This document shows positions 24,504-43,352 of a stretch of 64,000 bases of DNA, in pieces. Source of the stretch: the human T2T-CHM13v2.0 reference genome, Homo sapiens. The DNA lies in assembly GCF_009914755.1 (NCBI RefSeq), contig NC_060936.1. One strand, 5' to 3'. The stretch's first letter is position 1, and each line of letters opens with the position of its first letter. The translations under genes were made by a program, and so were the position numbers. A model generated the notes under the pieces. It had not been told where the DNA came from and made no database searches. It saw only the letters and a program-made list of their open reading frames with translations.

Positions 24504-24587
24504 CTGGCTGAGGTAGTAGTTTGTGCTGTTGGTCGGGTTGTGACATTGCCCGCTGTGGAGATAACTGCGCAAGCTACTGCCTTGCTA
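24504..24587 (+). ncRNA. MIRLET7I: let-7i microRNA hairpin; 5p 24509-24530 UGAGGUAGUAGUUUGUGCUGUU, 3p 24565-24586 CUGCGCAAGCUACUGCCUUGCU
   Basis: Exact let-7i mature and star sequences; loop has the LIN28 zinc-knuckle motif GGAG at 24557-24560; basal stem CACCA/TGGTG; CNNC (CAGC) at 24602-24605, 16 nt after the 3p end. Confidence 0.99.
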
Positions 24588-27503
24588 GTGCTGGTGATGC
24601 TCAGCGCCGCGGAGGACAATGGCTGGGAATCCCCTTTGTTTTCCGGGGCGCTGCCTGGGGACAGCCCGCGAAGCCTCGGCGCCCGGCCGGCGCGGCCACC
24701 ACGGAAACCGTTAGTTTCACATTTTCCTAGAAGGAATTGAGGGGAGTGGGGTGGACCGCGATGCATTTTAAAGGTTGGGAAAGAGCTAAGCCATTGGATT
24801 CCTTTTCTTGAAGGAAGGAGTGGAATTGTGTAAGATAATTGATACAGATAACTTTTTCACCCTAAAAAATTCTAACACTTCTTTCAGCAGTTAAATGCCA
24901 AATTTAGTGTGTACCTGTTTTACTTCATTCTTTAGCTGTAGGTTGGAGTGGTGTGAGCGATCTGCAGAACTGGCATTAGAGGGGCAGAAGAAGTAGACCT
25001 GATAATTAAAGTTTATGCCTTAACATTTTAGATCTGGTTTCTGATATGCTCTCTTAGTAAATCTGAGTGTGTCTTTAAAAACGTAAACCCAAAGCAATTT
25101 AAAGTTTCTCTTTAAACTTTGCAACTCGCGAATGAGAAGATTGAAATTATTTGTAGGTAATTGCACTATTCCGATTTTTTAATGTATGAGGCAAACAAAT
25201 AAATTCTATGTACAGTGTGCTGTGAATGGTTTTGTTTTTTGTTTTTTCTTTTTAGTTTAACCTTGGGGCTCAGATTCTGCTGGTGTGGTGGGTTGGTTTT
25301 TTGGTTTTTATGGCCTTTGATTCTAATGTTATGTGGTACTTACATCTTTGAGGTTTTGTATGGGAGAAGAGGACTAGGAATTGAAAGTGGTTTCTAGATT
25401 TGAGTTTAAAATCTACTAACACTCATTTTGATTCCTGAGTGGCCACTACTCCTAATAGGAAAATACCTTTGCATAGAGAAAAAAGGTAGTTTGGATAACT
25501 AATGAAAATACTCAGTGCTCTAATACCCTGAAGTCTGCGTGGAAAACAAGATACTTGTATTTTTATTTTATTTTCACTGAGGGAAGTAAGTGGTCAGTTT
25601 TAGTACTTTTCGTTGAAAACTGATCTGTATTTGTACAGAATAAGTAGTTTTGAATATAATGTAATCGCAGTTTTCTATGGTTTTCTGATGCTCAGTTGAA
25701 AAACAAATAAGGCAGTTCTTTAAACCAACCAAACCCTTCAGCAGGAGTTTGATGCTTTTATCATTCAAAAGTGATCTAATATATGTGCCTTGATTGGGTT
25801 TGGTTTAGCCTTGAGAATAACCTTACTTAATCTGATCTCATCAGGATGGAGCCGCCTCATTGTGGGAAGGGCGGTGAAGAACCTTATCTTGAATCTTAAG
25901 ATGCAGAAAATGCTTGAATGTTGGCTCTTGAAGTTTGCTTTTCTTGATAGCAACGCAGAGTAAATTCAGGGCTTTGTTAAGTGCTTGTTTTCTTAAATAA
26001 TGAAAACCTCTGCGGTGCTGTGTCAAATCTTGGTTTATGGAGAAACTAATCATAACATGCTAATTTCATTATGATTTTATTTTCCAAAACACTTCATTCA
26101 ACCAACCGAGGTAATCTTCCAACCCACTACACTCTAACATTTTTATGGAGAATCAACGGTTGTTAATCTGCACCCCAAAGTATAACAAATTCTGCTGGTA
26201 ATTTAAACTTTAAGCGGATAAGCACACCAGAAATGCTCAATGTCCTATACAGATAAACTATTCATACTTTATATCTTGTGTTTTTAAAGTAAATTTTATC
26301 CACAACTACATATTGCCCAAATAGTAGTAACATTTTTGAGTTATTGGATGTAAAGGTACTTTGAGAGGTTAACTGTTTCCTAAGTTACAAGAGAAAATAC
26401 TGCCACCAGCTGACTTGTTTTAATCCCATAGCTATATTTCTGCTCTAATCTCCAGTTTTAAAAATGATCTGCTAATTACATTTCTCTACACACCAACTGA
26501 AAATTACCAACTGAACATTTTCCTTGTTGACAGTTTCCCACAAGATGAATTTGATTTATCAAAAATACAGCTTTCTGAACTTAGTATTATTGACATTTAC
26601 TTGGTGCAGTTAACTTTTTTGTTAAAGGTCTGTTGTCAAGCATTTAAGTAATTTGTAGTTGTAAAAAGCCACTGGTGGAAAGTAATAAGGCAGTATTTTG
26701 AGTGCCCTTCTCAATAAGTACATACTAAACCAAAGGAAAGCTGGGTTATGGTAATAACATTTTAATAAATGTCATCCTCAATTGGAAATGGAGACTGTGT
26801 TATGGTATATAGGACACACCATATGGAGAAGATTCTTGGAGAACACAGTTTTGCTTCATACTTTAAAATTCCTGATTGCTAATCTTACATAGAAAAGCTT
26901 TGTTTACAAGCTATTTTAAAATAACCTTTTGGCAGGTAGGCAAGACTGACTGGCAAGGGTGCACTCAAGACATTGTGTCTTGTGGAGTGGTCCCCAAAGA
27001 ATTCCTGACAGAGGCACCTGACAGCACAAATTAGCTCTTCAGTGTATAAGCACAAAGCACCAAAAAGGCTGAGATTTCTTCCTAGCTACATGCTCTCTCC
27101 CGCTATTGTTTATTACACTCCACCCGCTCCATGGTGAAGCTGACAAAGGAGATACTATTAATTTCCTTTCCCACTGAATAATCCCCTCTGTAATTTCTAC
27201 AACAAAAGGTAAATAGGACAATCATCTTCGAAAATGAATTAGGCCAGATTGGTAGTACCCAAAAGGAGAATTAATGACCATTGTCATAAACTCTGAAAAG
27301 CTGTTGGCGCTACTGATAATCTAGATAATTAAGCAAAAATTTGAAAATTATTTCTAAGATTGTCTAATGAAGTTCACTAAGTGTTTTTGTTAGGTTATCA
27401 CTATTGGGCACCATGGGGAAAGCAAAATAATTGTATAGCTAGGTCATTGCCCCAAAGGAAAACAGGAAAGATGTCACATGAAGTGTTTAAGAATCAAAAT
27501 GTA

Positions 27504-27790
27504 ATTAGCTGAGTGTGGTGGTGCCTGCCTGTAGTCCCCGCTGAGGTGGGAGGATCTCATGAGCCCAGGACTTTGAGGCTGCAGTGAGCCATGATTGCAC
27601 CACTGCAGCCTGGGCAACAGAGTGAGACTGTCAAAAAAAAAAAAAAATCAATGTGAGCTCAGTGCAGTGATGTGCACCTATAATCCCAGGTACTCTGGAG
27701 GCTGAGGCAGGAGAGTCACTGGAGCCCAGTAGTTTGAGACCTGCCTGGACAAAATAGTTGAGATTCTGTCTCAAGAAATTAAATAAATAA
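27504..27790 (+). mobile_element. Alu right-arm monomer followed by a FLAM-like monomer
   Basis: Two separate monomers, 27504-27647 and 27655-27790. Confidence 0.82.
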
Positions 27791-29297
27791 TCAAAATGTG
27801 GGCAGGTGAGAAAAACATTAGTGACCTACTTCACTTTTGAGACCTGGCAGAAAAGTGATTGAATGAGCTAAGGGGGAAGGGAAGTATGGAACACTTCAAA
27901 TAGTATAGTAATTTAGGGAGTTCTTTTGGTTAGGTTTGTTGCCTGAGATCTTGGAGATGACAATCGCAGTGATAATGATACTCTAGGTGATTTACAGTTT
28001 AGTTTCATATTATCTGCTACAAATACGCTGGGAGTGTCATCAGAATTAAAAGAAATATTAGCAGTTCTACATGGAATTTATGTGTTTTCTTATCTCAAGT
28101 TGAAAATTTTTTTTTTGGTTAAATTTGTTTTACATTTACCTTTCTTTAAAAGTGCTGTTTTGTTCAGATGTAATGGAATTGTGCCTACACAGGATTTTTG
28201 GCCACTAAATTTGTGAATAGGGTCCTTTAAAGGCATACTATTGACACCCGATAGTGTAACTTTAGTCTTTTAGTTATATCAAATATGAACAAACCTAAGA
28301 CACAATCTTGTGTTTTTAAGGATAAGTTCCTAGTTCTTTCCTCTTATTCAACATCAAACAACACTTACAGAAAATATTATTTTCTTCGAATCAGGTTTAC
28401 AAATTCCGTTAGTTCCATTATAATATAATTGAGAGTATTTTATCATGGAAGTCAGGAGTTCGCAGAAAGCCAAGCTGTGTGATATGTCACAGAAAATTCA
28501 AGTAAATTAAGGACTAAAAACTGTCCACAGACATTGACAGTTTAGATCATATATGTAGTTGTAATGTGTTTTCTGTTATACCTGAAAAATCCCTTAACTG
28601 CTCTTAGGTTGAGTAATAAACAATTAACGGGTGTTTTATCTCACTTTGAACATAACTACCAAAAAGGTATTAAGATTCAGAGATTGCTGTTTTAATATTC
28701 TGCACATAGTGTATTTTAAAGCCCTTGTTAAACAGAAGTATTATGTAGATACAGGCATGGGCTAGTTTTAGTCATAATAGTAACACTGACTTAATGTTAC
28801 CGTAATAGATGGCCGAAAGAGTTGACTAAACTCTAAAAACAGATACATAAGCAAATTAAAGTATATTTTTCTGTTTTAAAAACAAATTTACATACTTTTT
28901 AAGAGTTCGGACGAAAAACCTAAGAATAAGAATCCTATCTGCCATTCATTTCTTTTTGTAGTGAATGAAGCTTATACAGAATAAATAAGTTCCAGATAAA
29001 TTCAACAGGTGAATCGGATACCTGCTCTATGTCAGGTGCTGGGAATATACAGAAGATAAAACAAAAACAAACACAAAAAAACCAACTCCACATTATGGAA
29101 TTCACATTGTAAAAGGAATACATTTCCCTATAATAATAATTACAGACATGTAGTGAGGACAATCCATGGGCCACCTGAGTTGTTTTCAAACCTGAGTTCC
29201 ACTCATACACCTGTTCTAGAGCCCTTGCTCCAAAACCACTATTGATATTCCAGTTGTATGTTTTAAAAAAGCCATTTCCCATTGATTTTTGTTATAA

Positions 29298-29678
<381 letters not shown>

Positions 29679-30059
29679 TAAACAGGATAACACTGCAGGA
29701 GGTACTTCACCTTTAAGAGCTTACAATGTTGTAGCAAGTGCCCAACTACCTTGTGGAGGAATCTAGACCCCATAGCCAGACATCACATTTTATGATGTAC
29801 ACTCTAAACATGGTAAAAGTTCAAAGAAGCAGGAGTGCACTGTGAGTAGGTAGAGAATGCATCTCTCTGGAGCAGAAACGTCAGATTATTTTAACAGTAT
29901 AAGCTATGGAGAGCGATTATGAGCCTTGTGGTGCCTGAGAACAGGAAAGAAAGAAGTATCCTACCTTCCTTATATAATTTATACCTCGGGGTAACTAAAT
30001 GGTTGTGAGGGAGATTTCCTCATTACAGAATAATTCCAGTTTCACAGTGCAGAACGTCT

Positions 30060-30890
30060 GATAGAATGTTAACATTTACAACAGCTCATGAAATAAAGCT
30101 AGACCTCTTCAATGGCTAACTTAATGGTTGAAACCATTAAGTAAAATGCTGATGGAGAAGTATGTGATTAATGAATCAGTAGTAGAGAAGTATTTAATTC
30201 ATGGATCAGGGCAACCGCACTTCAACTCACTGATCAATTTTAATATTACAAAAACAGATAACTAGATATTCTAGTTCAAATAATTGAACTAGATAGTGGT
30301 TTACTAAGACTCTAGACTCTCATCAAGTTTCTAGATCTGATGAGTAGTTTATTAGAAATTTAAGATATAGGGGAACATTGTTAAATCACCACAGGAGCAC
30401 AAGTAGCAAAAATCCACACTGAAATTCTATAAGACAAATGATCTAAGGAAAAAAAATTTTTAAGGAAAGAAGGGCAGGAAAACCTGTAGAGTAAAATGAA
30501 TTTAAAGATATTTATCGGTTTAATTGCAATGTATAGACCTTGTTTGGATCCTAATTTGATCAAAGCTAACCACAAACACATTTATGAGACAATTGGAGAA
30601 ATTTTAAAACTGACTGAATATTAGAAGTTAAAGAATTGTTTTTGAAAATGGTATTGTGGTTATAGTTTTTAAAAATCTTTTGGTATATGCATACTAAATA
30701 ATTTACTAATGAATGATATGATCGGACTTTGCTTCATACTTTAATCCATGGGGGATGGGAAGCATATATGGGAGTACACAGGAAAGAAGCTTGTCTTAGT
30801 GTTGGTATTGATGATGGGTGATGGGTAGATGGGTTTTTTTATTCTGTTCTACTTTTGTGTATATTTAGAATGTTCCATAATAAAAACTCA
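30060..30890 (+). mobile_element. Old L1 (L1MC-like) 3' end fragment
   Basis: Typical ending attctgttctacttttgtgtatatttagaatgttccataataaaa. Confidence 0.65.
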
Positions 30891-31429
30891 AAAACACGTA
30901 AAACAAGACAAAGAAAGATTCCTGTGGTTTGGAGACAACGAAAGCAAAGTGAGAACACATACAAAACCATGTGAAGGTCAGTAAGGTGCAGCTAAGTGTT
31001 CTTAGGGTATCCTCCCAGGCCACTTTGAAATACTACCTTAAAGTCTATCAGAGGATCAGTCCATTTTCCTTATACTCCAGATCAAATATATTGACTAATA
31101 TAGCAAGTTCACACATACCCACAACAAGGATACCATTGTTTAAATATATCTATTATAATTAAAACTAGTAATTAGAATTAATAAGAGATGTGTTGAGAAC
31201 TTTTACTAAGTACTTTGTATGTATAAAGTACTTGCTTTAATGTTAGCCTATTAAACTTAATAACTTTCCATTTTAAATATTATTTTGCTAGTTCCATAGT
31301 CTTTTTCTAGAAGTATGCCTTATTTCACATTCTTAAACAAGTACTCTAAGCAAAATCAGCTCACTAAAAAAATTTGTTTGGCTTTAACTGCTTTCAATAA
31401 GCTTAGTTCTGTTTTTCCTCTTTTATTTT

Positions 31430-31675
31430 GTTATTCCTCCTGTCTAACTGAAACTTTGTACCCTTTAGCCAACATCTCCCCAGTACCTTACCCCCTCTGT
31501 CTATAAGCCCCTGGTAACACTATTCTCTCCTTTCTGCTTCTCTGAGTTTGACTTTTTTATATTCCACATATAAATGAGATCATGTAGTATTTGTCTTTCT
31601 ATGCCTGGCTTATTTAGTATAATGTCCTCCAAGTTTAAACATGTCGTTGCAAATGATAGAATGTTTGTCCTTTTA
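31430..31675 (-). mobile_element. L1MA/MB 3' fragment
   Basis: attccacatataaatgagatcatgtagtatttgtctttctatgcctggcttattt signature. Confidence 0.75.
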
Positions 31676-31753
31676 AATGGTCAACTCTAATAATTGTTCT
31701 AGCAATTTATTCGATTTTTTGTTTCCAGTTAGATTCCTTTTTTCTTAACCTTC

Positions 31754-31755
<2 letters not shown>

Positions 31756-31787
<32 letters not shown>
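31756..31787 (+). repeat. (TG)16 microsatellite replacing an Alu tail
   Basis: Read directly. Confidence 0.97.
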
Positions 31788-35274
<3,487 letters not shown>

Positions 35275-35507
35275 AGGATTATGTTTTTTTATGGGAGGGA
35301 TGAGAATATTGGTAGGTGGGTAGAGGATAAATGAGAGAGAATATGTATATGTGAGATTGAATATATAATAGAAAAAATTGATAGGACAAGTCCTGCGTTA
35401 TTACTACATTTTATGAGGAAAATCTATATATTAGAAGCACTTTAAAGGTATATTTGCTATTCTAGCTGTGGAAACCATCTGAAAACACATTTGAAAGTGC
35501 TTTGAAA

Positions 35508-35753
35508 CAGGGGTCAACAAACTTCTCTGCAAAGGGCCAGAGTATGTTTAGCTTTGCGGGCCACAGATGGCCTCTGTTGCATATGCTGCTGGGTCTCCAC
35601 CTTCCTCCTCCTTTTCTTCCCTTCCTCTTCCTTCTTTTTCTTCTTCTCTTTCTTCTTTCTCTTTAAAAGCATAAAATCATTCTCAGCTCTTGGGCCATAC
35701 AGAAACAGGCCATAGGCCAGATTTGACTTCTAGGCGATAGTTTGCCCACCCTC
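35508..35753. mobile_element. MER58-type hAT element with an internal CT-rich tract
   Basis: caggggtcaacaaact...gggccaga...tagtttgcccaccct. Confidence 0.75.
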
Positions 35754-35790
35754 CATTTTAGAACTTAGCTTTCCTGAAAGAGCATTTGGG

Positions 35791-35838
35791 TCTCTCTCTC
35801 TCTTTCCCTTTCTCTCTCTCTGTCTCTCTCTCTCTCTC
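35791..35838 (+). repeat. Imperfect (CT)n tract
   Basis: Read directly. Confidence 0.9.
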
Positions 35839-36050
35839 TTTCAGTAAGTGAAGTAAGAAATAGGTCTTTCTTGAGGAACAAAAAGCTGAAATAATTTCAT
35901 GCATTTGAATATGACCCTTGACCTGTTTTTGTCCATCATCACTCAGATTTGTGGCTGCAACCACCAACCAATTTGGTGCCATAGGATATAGCATAATTTT
36001 TCAACAACAGTTCATAAGCTTTTCTTTTTGTTCTTTTTCCTTCTTCCAGT

Positions 36051-37552
<1,502 letters not shown>

Positions 37553-39514
37553 CCACAAGTGTAATTGTTAAAGGTAAAACTTTGAATACATTTATATTTG
37601 CCTTCTGCCACATTCCATAATTGACTTTTGTTCATGAACCTATTGGCAAGTTTGCCTTATTGCTTTTCCTTCTTCCCTCTTTTTTTTTTTGTAACTTAAA
37701 AAATCATATAATAAAACAACACAAAAATGTATTTGAATGTAGGTTGAGTGACCGTAAATAAGCACAAAACTTCTCCTTCCTGTGACTCTCTTGTCTGTAT
37801 ATGCCAAGTATCTAACACAAGGCCTGCCTGGCACATAATTTTTTTTTTTAAATGTTAGTCTCTTTTATCATTCTTTTTCCCTGTCAGTGGTATTATCTTT
37901 ACCCATGGAATCCAGCACCCTCATGCTGACTTATAGTTCCCCAAAGTCCCTAACCTCTACAGTCCTCTCCAACCCCCACCCCAGGCCTCTCTCTATGTTC
38001 CAGACATTTTCTGGCTTTTTACCATTATCCAAACTCTGAACTTATCTACTTAGTTTTTATAAAAAAACACAGAGTGACTACATAGCTAATATAAATAATG
38101 CCAGTGTTAACACAAAAATTTGACTTGAATGATTACAATAGCAAACTTCAATGTTTACCCCATGGAATAGGCAGAAAATTTCAAGCACTTTTCTAGGCCA
38201 CCTGAGTCTATTTTGAGTAAGGATCCTTAAGTTGATACTCAAGTAATGACATTGATGCAATGTAGAAGACTATGCTAAAATTTGTCCTGGCTTCTCTCCA
38301 TGCTATGGGCCATCTGTAAAGCTTTGGAGTCTAGGTCAGATGTATGCGTTGTCTCCTCTTTGCTACCATTTTTGTACAGATTTCTAATCTAAATAAAATT
38401 AATGGCAATAACAGTGTGGAAAGGGAAAGCCTAAAAGAAAGAGGGTTTTTGAAGAGTGGGGGACCAGAAAAGAAGAGGACAATTTTACCTGAATTGTTTT
38501 ACTTTAGAAAATAAATTTGTTCATGTGATTCTGTGAGTCAATTTACACATGTATATAAATACACATTTCTTTATTTAACCATTATTATTATCACTATGTG
38601 ATCCCTCAATGTGCTGGCTACCACGGGTGTAAGATAAATTACAGAAACTCCTTATTCTGAAGGATTCCAACAACAATTTGGCATTGTGCACTGTATGGGG
38701 CCTGGGAAAATCCTCTGATTTGCCATACCTTAGGAAAGGTCTTTGCATGATACTAGGCCATGTCTCTTACTACAATGATGAGCATTCTTAGATTTAAAAA
38801 TAATACCAAGCTGTCAGGAAAACTGAATTCCATCAATAATAACATCTTTTCATAAACTGAAAGCTTGCAAAGCCTTAATTAAAAAAATGAATTTATTACT
38901 AAGTGAATTTAATTCACAAAAGGAATTTTCCCCAATATTTAGGCTGTTGTTGGTTTTGGCTTTGTTTTTAATTAACATTTTTAGTTGTATGGTTTGATCA
39001 AATACTGAATTTGAGTTCAAAGATACATTTCCTCTGAGGATGCAGTCTAAAGAGGCCAAGTAAATAATAGAAAATCATAGTTTCCAAGTTTCGCAGAACA
39101 AAGCTCAGTAGTTCCATGACTTTTTCAGTGTTCTACAGAATTGAGCTACTCCCTCTTACACAAAAAAGTGCTCTAATTTTCATTTTTTTCTTCTTTGCTC
39201 AGTTTCTTCATTTATTTGCCTACTTTCTTAATTTCTTCCTAAGTAAATATATAGCTATCTTTGAGGAGAAGTGATGTAACATCAGAAACAAAGAGTAGAC
39301 TCACAATTAGAGCCCACTGACTCATGGGACTTTAGATAAACCACTAATCAGGAAACTGGGGGTGTTAATGCTGTTTAGTTAGTTGATTGAGGAGGTGAGG
39401 ACAAAACCTGGTGACTTCAGGGCCTCAGCAACAGAACTCCTACCTATTTCCATTGCTACCACTTACCTTATGGGCATTAGATAATTCTGCAGTGAGTTAT
39501 TCTGTGCATGAGGG

Positions 39515-39720
39515 GGCAAAGGCTTTAGAGTCAGGTAGCTGGGGAGTTATTTTCTCTCTCTGCTATTTAATAGCTGTATGACCTCAGGTGAATTTCTTAA
39601 TCTCCGTTTCCTTGTTTGTAATACCCATCATGAGAAGTTGTTCTGAGGATCACAGATACTATACCTAAAGTACCCAACAAAGTCCTGACACAAGGAAGGT
39701 GTTCCATAAACGGTAGCTAT
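39515..39720 (+). mobile_element. MIR SINE
   Basis: ggctttagagtcag...tagctgtatgacctcagg..aatttcttaatctc. Confidence 0.65.
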
Positions 39721-40149
39721 TTGAAGTAGTCTAAAAGGTCCCTTTCAAATGTTTAATACACCCATATAATCCCAATCTTAATCTCTCACTCTCTTGTTGG
39801 CCCATCATTAGAGCACCAGATCCCCTTGACTGCTTTCCAGGGTAAGGATGCAAGACCACTGAGAACTGTGCCGCGCTGGTAAGAAGAGGTGCTGATGGCA
39901 TGCTGTTGCCTCTGCCAGACAGACTCTGTCTTTGCTGAAGTGTTTAGTATTGCTATTGTGGCAAATGCCATTTTAGTCAAAGGCAATAAATCTTCCTTTG
40001 TTTAAATGACAGATGGCTAGGATTGTTACTTCTGTTTCTAGCAAACCCAGAAAGGGAAAAAATAAATTACTGACATTCAGAGTTCTTGTTTTTTAAGAAT
40101 ATTAGGGGGAAAATGAAAATAGTATAGTTTCAGCAAAGTTATATAGTTT

Positions 40150-40620
40150 TTGCAGTCAACAGAATAATGGGCCCCCTAATGATGTTCACGTCCTAACCCC
40201 TAGAATCTATGAATATGTTAGGTTACAGGGCAAAGGGGAATTAAGAGTGCAGGTGGAATTAAGATTAATTAGCTGACCTTAAGATAGGGAATGTAGCATA
40301 ATTTATCCAGGTGAGCCCAATATAATCACAATGGAAGACAGAGACAGAAGAATCAGAGTCAGAGAAGACGTGGCTACAGAGGAGAGAGTGATGAGATGTG
40401 AGGATTCTGCCTGCCATTGCTGGCTTTCAAGATGAAGGAAGGGGGCCATGAACCAAGGGGATGCCTCTAGAAGCTGGAAAAGGTAAGGAAACAGATTCTC
40501 ACCTAGACTTCCAGAAAGCTCTGCTGTTGCCTTGATTTTAGCCTAGTGAGACCCATTTCAGACTTCCGACCTCCAGTACGTGAAGATAATACATTTGTGT
40601 TGTTTTAACCTATTAAGTTC
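40150..40620 (+). mobile_element. MLT1D-like LTR
   Basis: cagaataatggcccc...gcctctagaagctggaaaagg.aaggaaacagattctc signature. Confidence 0.8.
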
Positions 40621-43171
40621 TAAAATGGTGAACCCAATTTCATTTCTTCTCTCCCTTTACAAGGTAGGTGCTATTAACAGTGAAATGACAATGCAAAAGC
40701 AAAGCAGAGGAAAGCACCAGCAAAGGACATGCCTCGCTGACTGCAGATTACAGTGTCCTCTACTCAATTCCTATCTTAATATGTATCACATGCCCTGCCT
40801 GAGATAATGAGGACTCTCCCATTCCCTCAGTCTTCAGGTTGCCTCTACTTCTCTTCCATTTTCTTTTTCCTTGATATGATCCTCTTCTTTCTCATTCTTC
40901 TCTTCTTTCATTTCCTGAGTTGTTTTCTCTCCACTTCTTCCCCCTCTACTCTGATAGGAAATATTATAGCAGTAGCCCAAGCTAGAAGAAAAAGGACACA
41001 CCTACCAGCTCCCTCCCTTCCTCACAACACCTACACGGCTGCTGGGGAAGCCTTGAATGAAAGCTAGAAAAGAACAAATAGGAAAAGAGGCATTTGAAAA
41101 CAGAACAGAAATAGTCACAGACGGGTGACAGGCAGGAGATGCCACCTCATTGACAGCTGCCACCATTTTCCATAGAGAAGTTATTCCATTGTAGTATACA
41201 CCAGGGCTGGGTTTAAATATTTTTCCTATGTACTTGGTAGTATAGTGGAAGCTCCTCCATTTCTCTAAATAGTTAACTGCATACTTAGAGCTCTTGGTAG
41301 CGTTTAGAACACGGAGTTAATTATTCTGAGTGTACCTAGCCCCATCACTGTCTGTAATCTGTACAAAATTTGATAAGCCCTTTTAAGGTAGTTAGATATT
41401 TATTGAGACTCTGCTGTATATTTGGCAGTGCCCCAGATATAGGTAGTGGTGGTGACAGCAAGCAATAGGACCAGTGGAGCCTGCTTTTTAATAGAGAGTG
41501 ATCTCTCTGGTATTGTTGTAAGTACAGCATATAAGCAACTTGAGGTGTTGTCTTAAAGATGTGAGCTCACCTAATTTACACAAGAGCATCAAAGCCAGAA
41601 TTCCTCCCCTTGCTGATGTTAGCCTGTAACTCTGTGCCTCTCAAGTGTATAACTTCTTCTGTGGGAATCATGCTTCTGAAGCATGAGGAAAGAACACACC
41701 CGTGTTTCCACTTTCTCTGCTGCTTTGCATGTGATCCCTCCAGGTATGCAAAATAATGCCTCAATATCATTTTGACCTGTGTTGTCATTTTACATATTTT
41801 ATCAGAAGACTTCATATCGGATGGAAGCAAATCTTTAGAAGGGTTGTTATAACAACTTGAACAGCCCATCATGCTCTAGGCATGCTCCCTATCACGGCTA
41901 TGTTTTCATTCATTAGAGATGGAGGAGGAGGCGGCTTAAAATGTGTAATTCTAATCACCTATTCCTACAGCTCTCTAACTGGTCTCCGTGGCTTCTCTTG
42001 CCTTCCTCCAGTCTTGCCCGTGAACCTTGATTAGAGGACAACACAACACTAACAGCCACTCCTCCCTCTCCCTCCTGACTCCTTATTTGAGTTAGAGGCT
42101 CTCGTAACACCTGCGTCTTCCCCTTTGTCAGCAGTCATCACAACGAATTGTGATTGCCTATTTACTCATCTGCATCTCCCACTGAATTCTGATCCATGGT
42201 GGCTGGCCCATGCCTGTCTTGTGTACATTTGCCTGTAAACCACTTAACCCAAGTGCCAGGAAGCAAACAGTACACGCAGGTGTGTGGAGTGATTGAAAGC
42301 TAATTTGCTACCTAAGAATGTACAGTGATTCCTCAGTGTTTATTAGATCAGGCCCAGACTCTTCATTTCAGTTTTCAACTCCTCTGATTTTTCTTTTATA
42401 CAAGCTTTCAGATCTCCTCTTGGTTCTCATCTAGCTCTTGCATCTTTATGCCGTGGGTTGATTCCTCTGCCTGCCTATCTGTAGTAGCTTGTCTCCTAGG
42501 ATGGCTGCCATCAATTTCTTCTCTTCTGTATACACATGCCACTCCCGCATTGAGAGATGGAGTCTTCTTTCCCCCTGGAATCTGGTCTGGCCTGTGACTA
42601 ATTTCAATAATAGAATCTTGCATTTCTATTGAAACTACCAAAAAAAAAAAAATTGTGTCAGCTACTACAGCTACTAAGTTTTGGGATGGTTTGTTATATG
42701 GCAATAGATATCCTCAATACCATTCTTCAAAGTCCCAAACCTACATTTTCTGTGAAGCCTTACCTTGCTAGTCTAGTTAACACTGATCTCCTCCTTCTCT
42801 GAAGTTCTGTGGGAATAGAACTTTGTTGATGCCACACATTTTGTTATCCAACTGTATGTATTATTACTTTTCCTTTCCTGAATGCCAGTATGAACTCCAT
42901 GACCAAATTATATGGTCTTTGAAGATACCAAATAGTGGAAATAGGTCTTTTGTAATCCCTTCAACAAGTCCTAGTACTGAATAAAAATGTAATGGCTGTT
43001 GAATTGGATTAAAAGTAAAAATATTCTTGGCCATTTTAGCTCTCTGCCAATTATTTTGACTTTTCTTCACAGTATCTTTGAGCGCATTCTTTCATATCAT
43101 GATTATAAAAAGCATGTGTGGCAGCAGGCAGCCCTTAGGATCCTTCCCCCTGCAGACAGTCTGTGACAGTG

Positions 43172-43352
43172 CAGTGGTTCTCAAAACGTGGACCAGGAGC
43201 AGCAGCACCAGCACCTGGGAACCTGTTAGAAATGCAAATGCTTGGGCCTACCCCAAATCTACTGAAAGAGAAGTCCTGGGGGTGGAGCCCAGCATTCTGT
43301 TTCACCAAGCTTTCCAGATAATTCTGATGCATATTAAAGGATGAGAATCATT
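43172..43352. mobile_element. MER5A DNA transposon
   Basis: cagtggttctcaaa...cacctgggaacctgttagaaatgcaaat. Confidence 0.85.

Larger units (their letters stand above)
23190..24765. promoter_or_regulatory. CpG island / promoter of pri-let-7i (MIRLET7IHG) and antisense LINC01465
   Basis: Abrupt GC- and CpG-rich block; YY1 sites at 23371-23383 (-) and 23572-23584 (+), TGACGTGG at 23473, GC boxes at about 23586-23606, E-box CACGTG at 23608-23613, ETS CCGGAA at about 23317. Confidence 0.93.

Noticed and set aside
23858-24766. 302-aa and 261-aa minus-strand ORFs and other long ORFs in the CpG island
   Set aside because: Stop-codon depletion in GC-rich DNA gives long frames in all phases; low-complexity R/P/A/G content and no domain. 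Only the 131-aa C12orf61 sub-ORF is noted, at low confidence.
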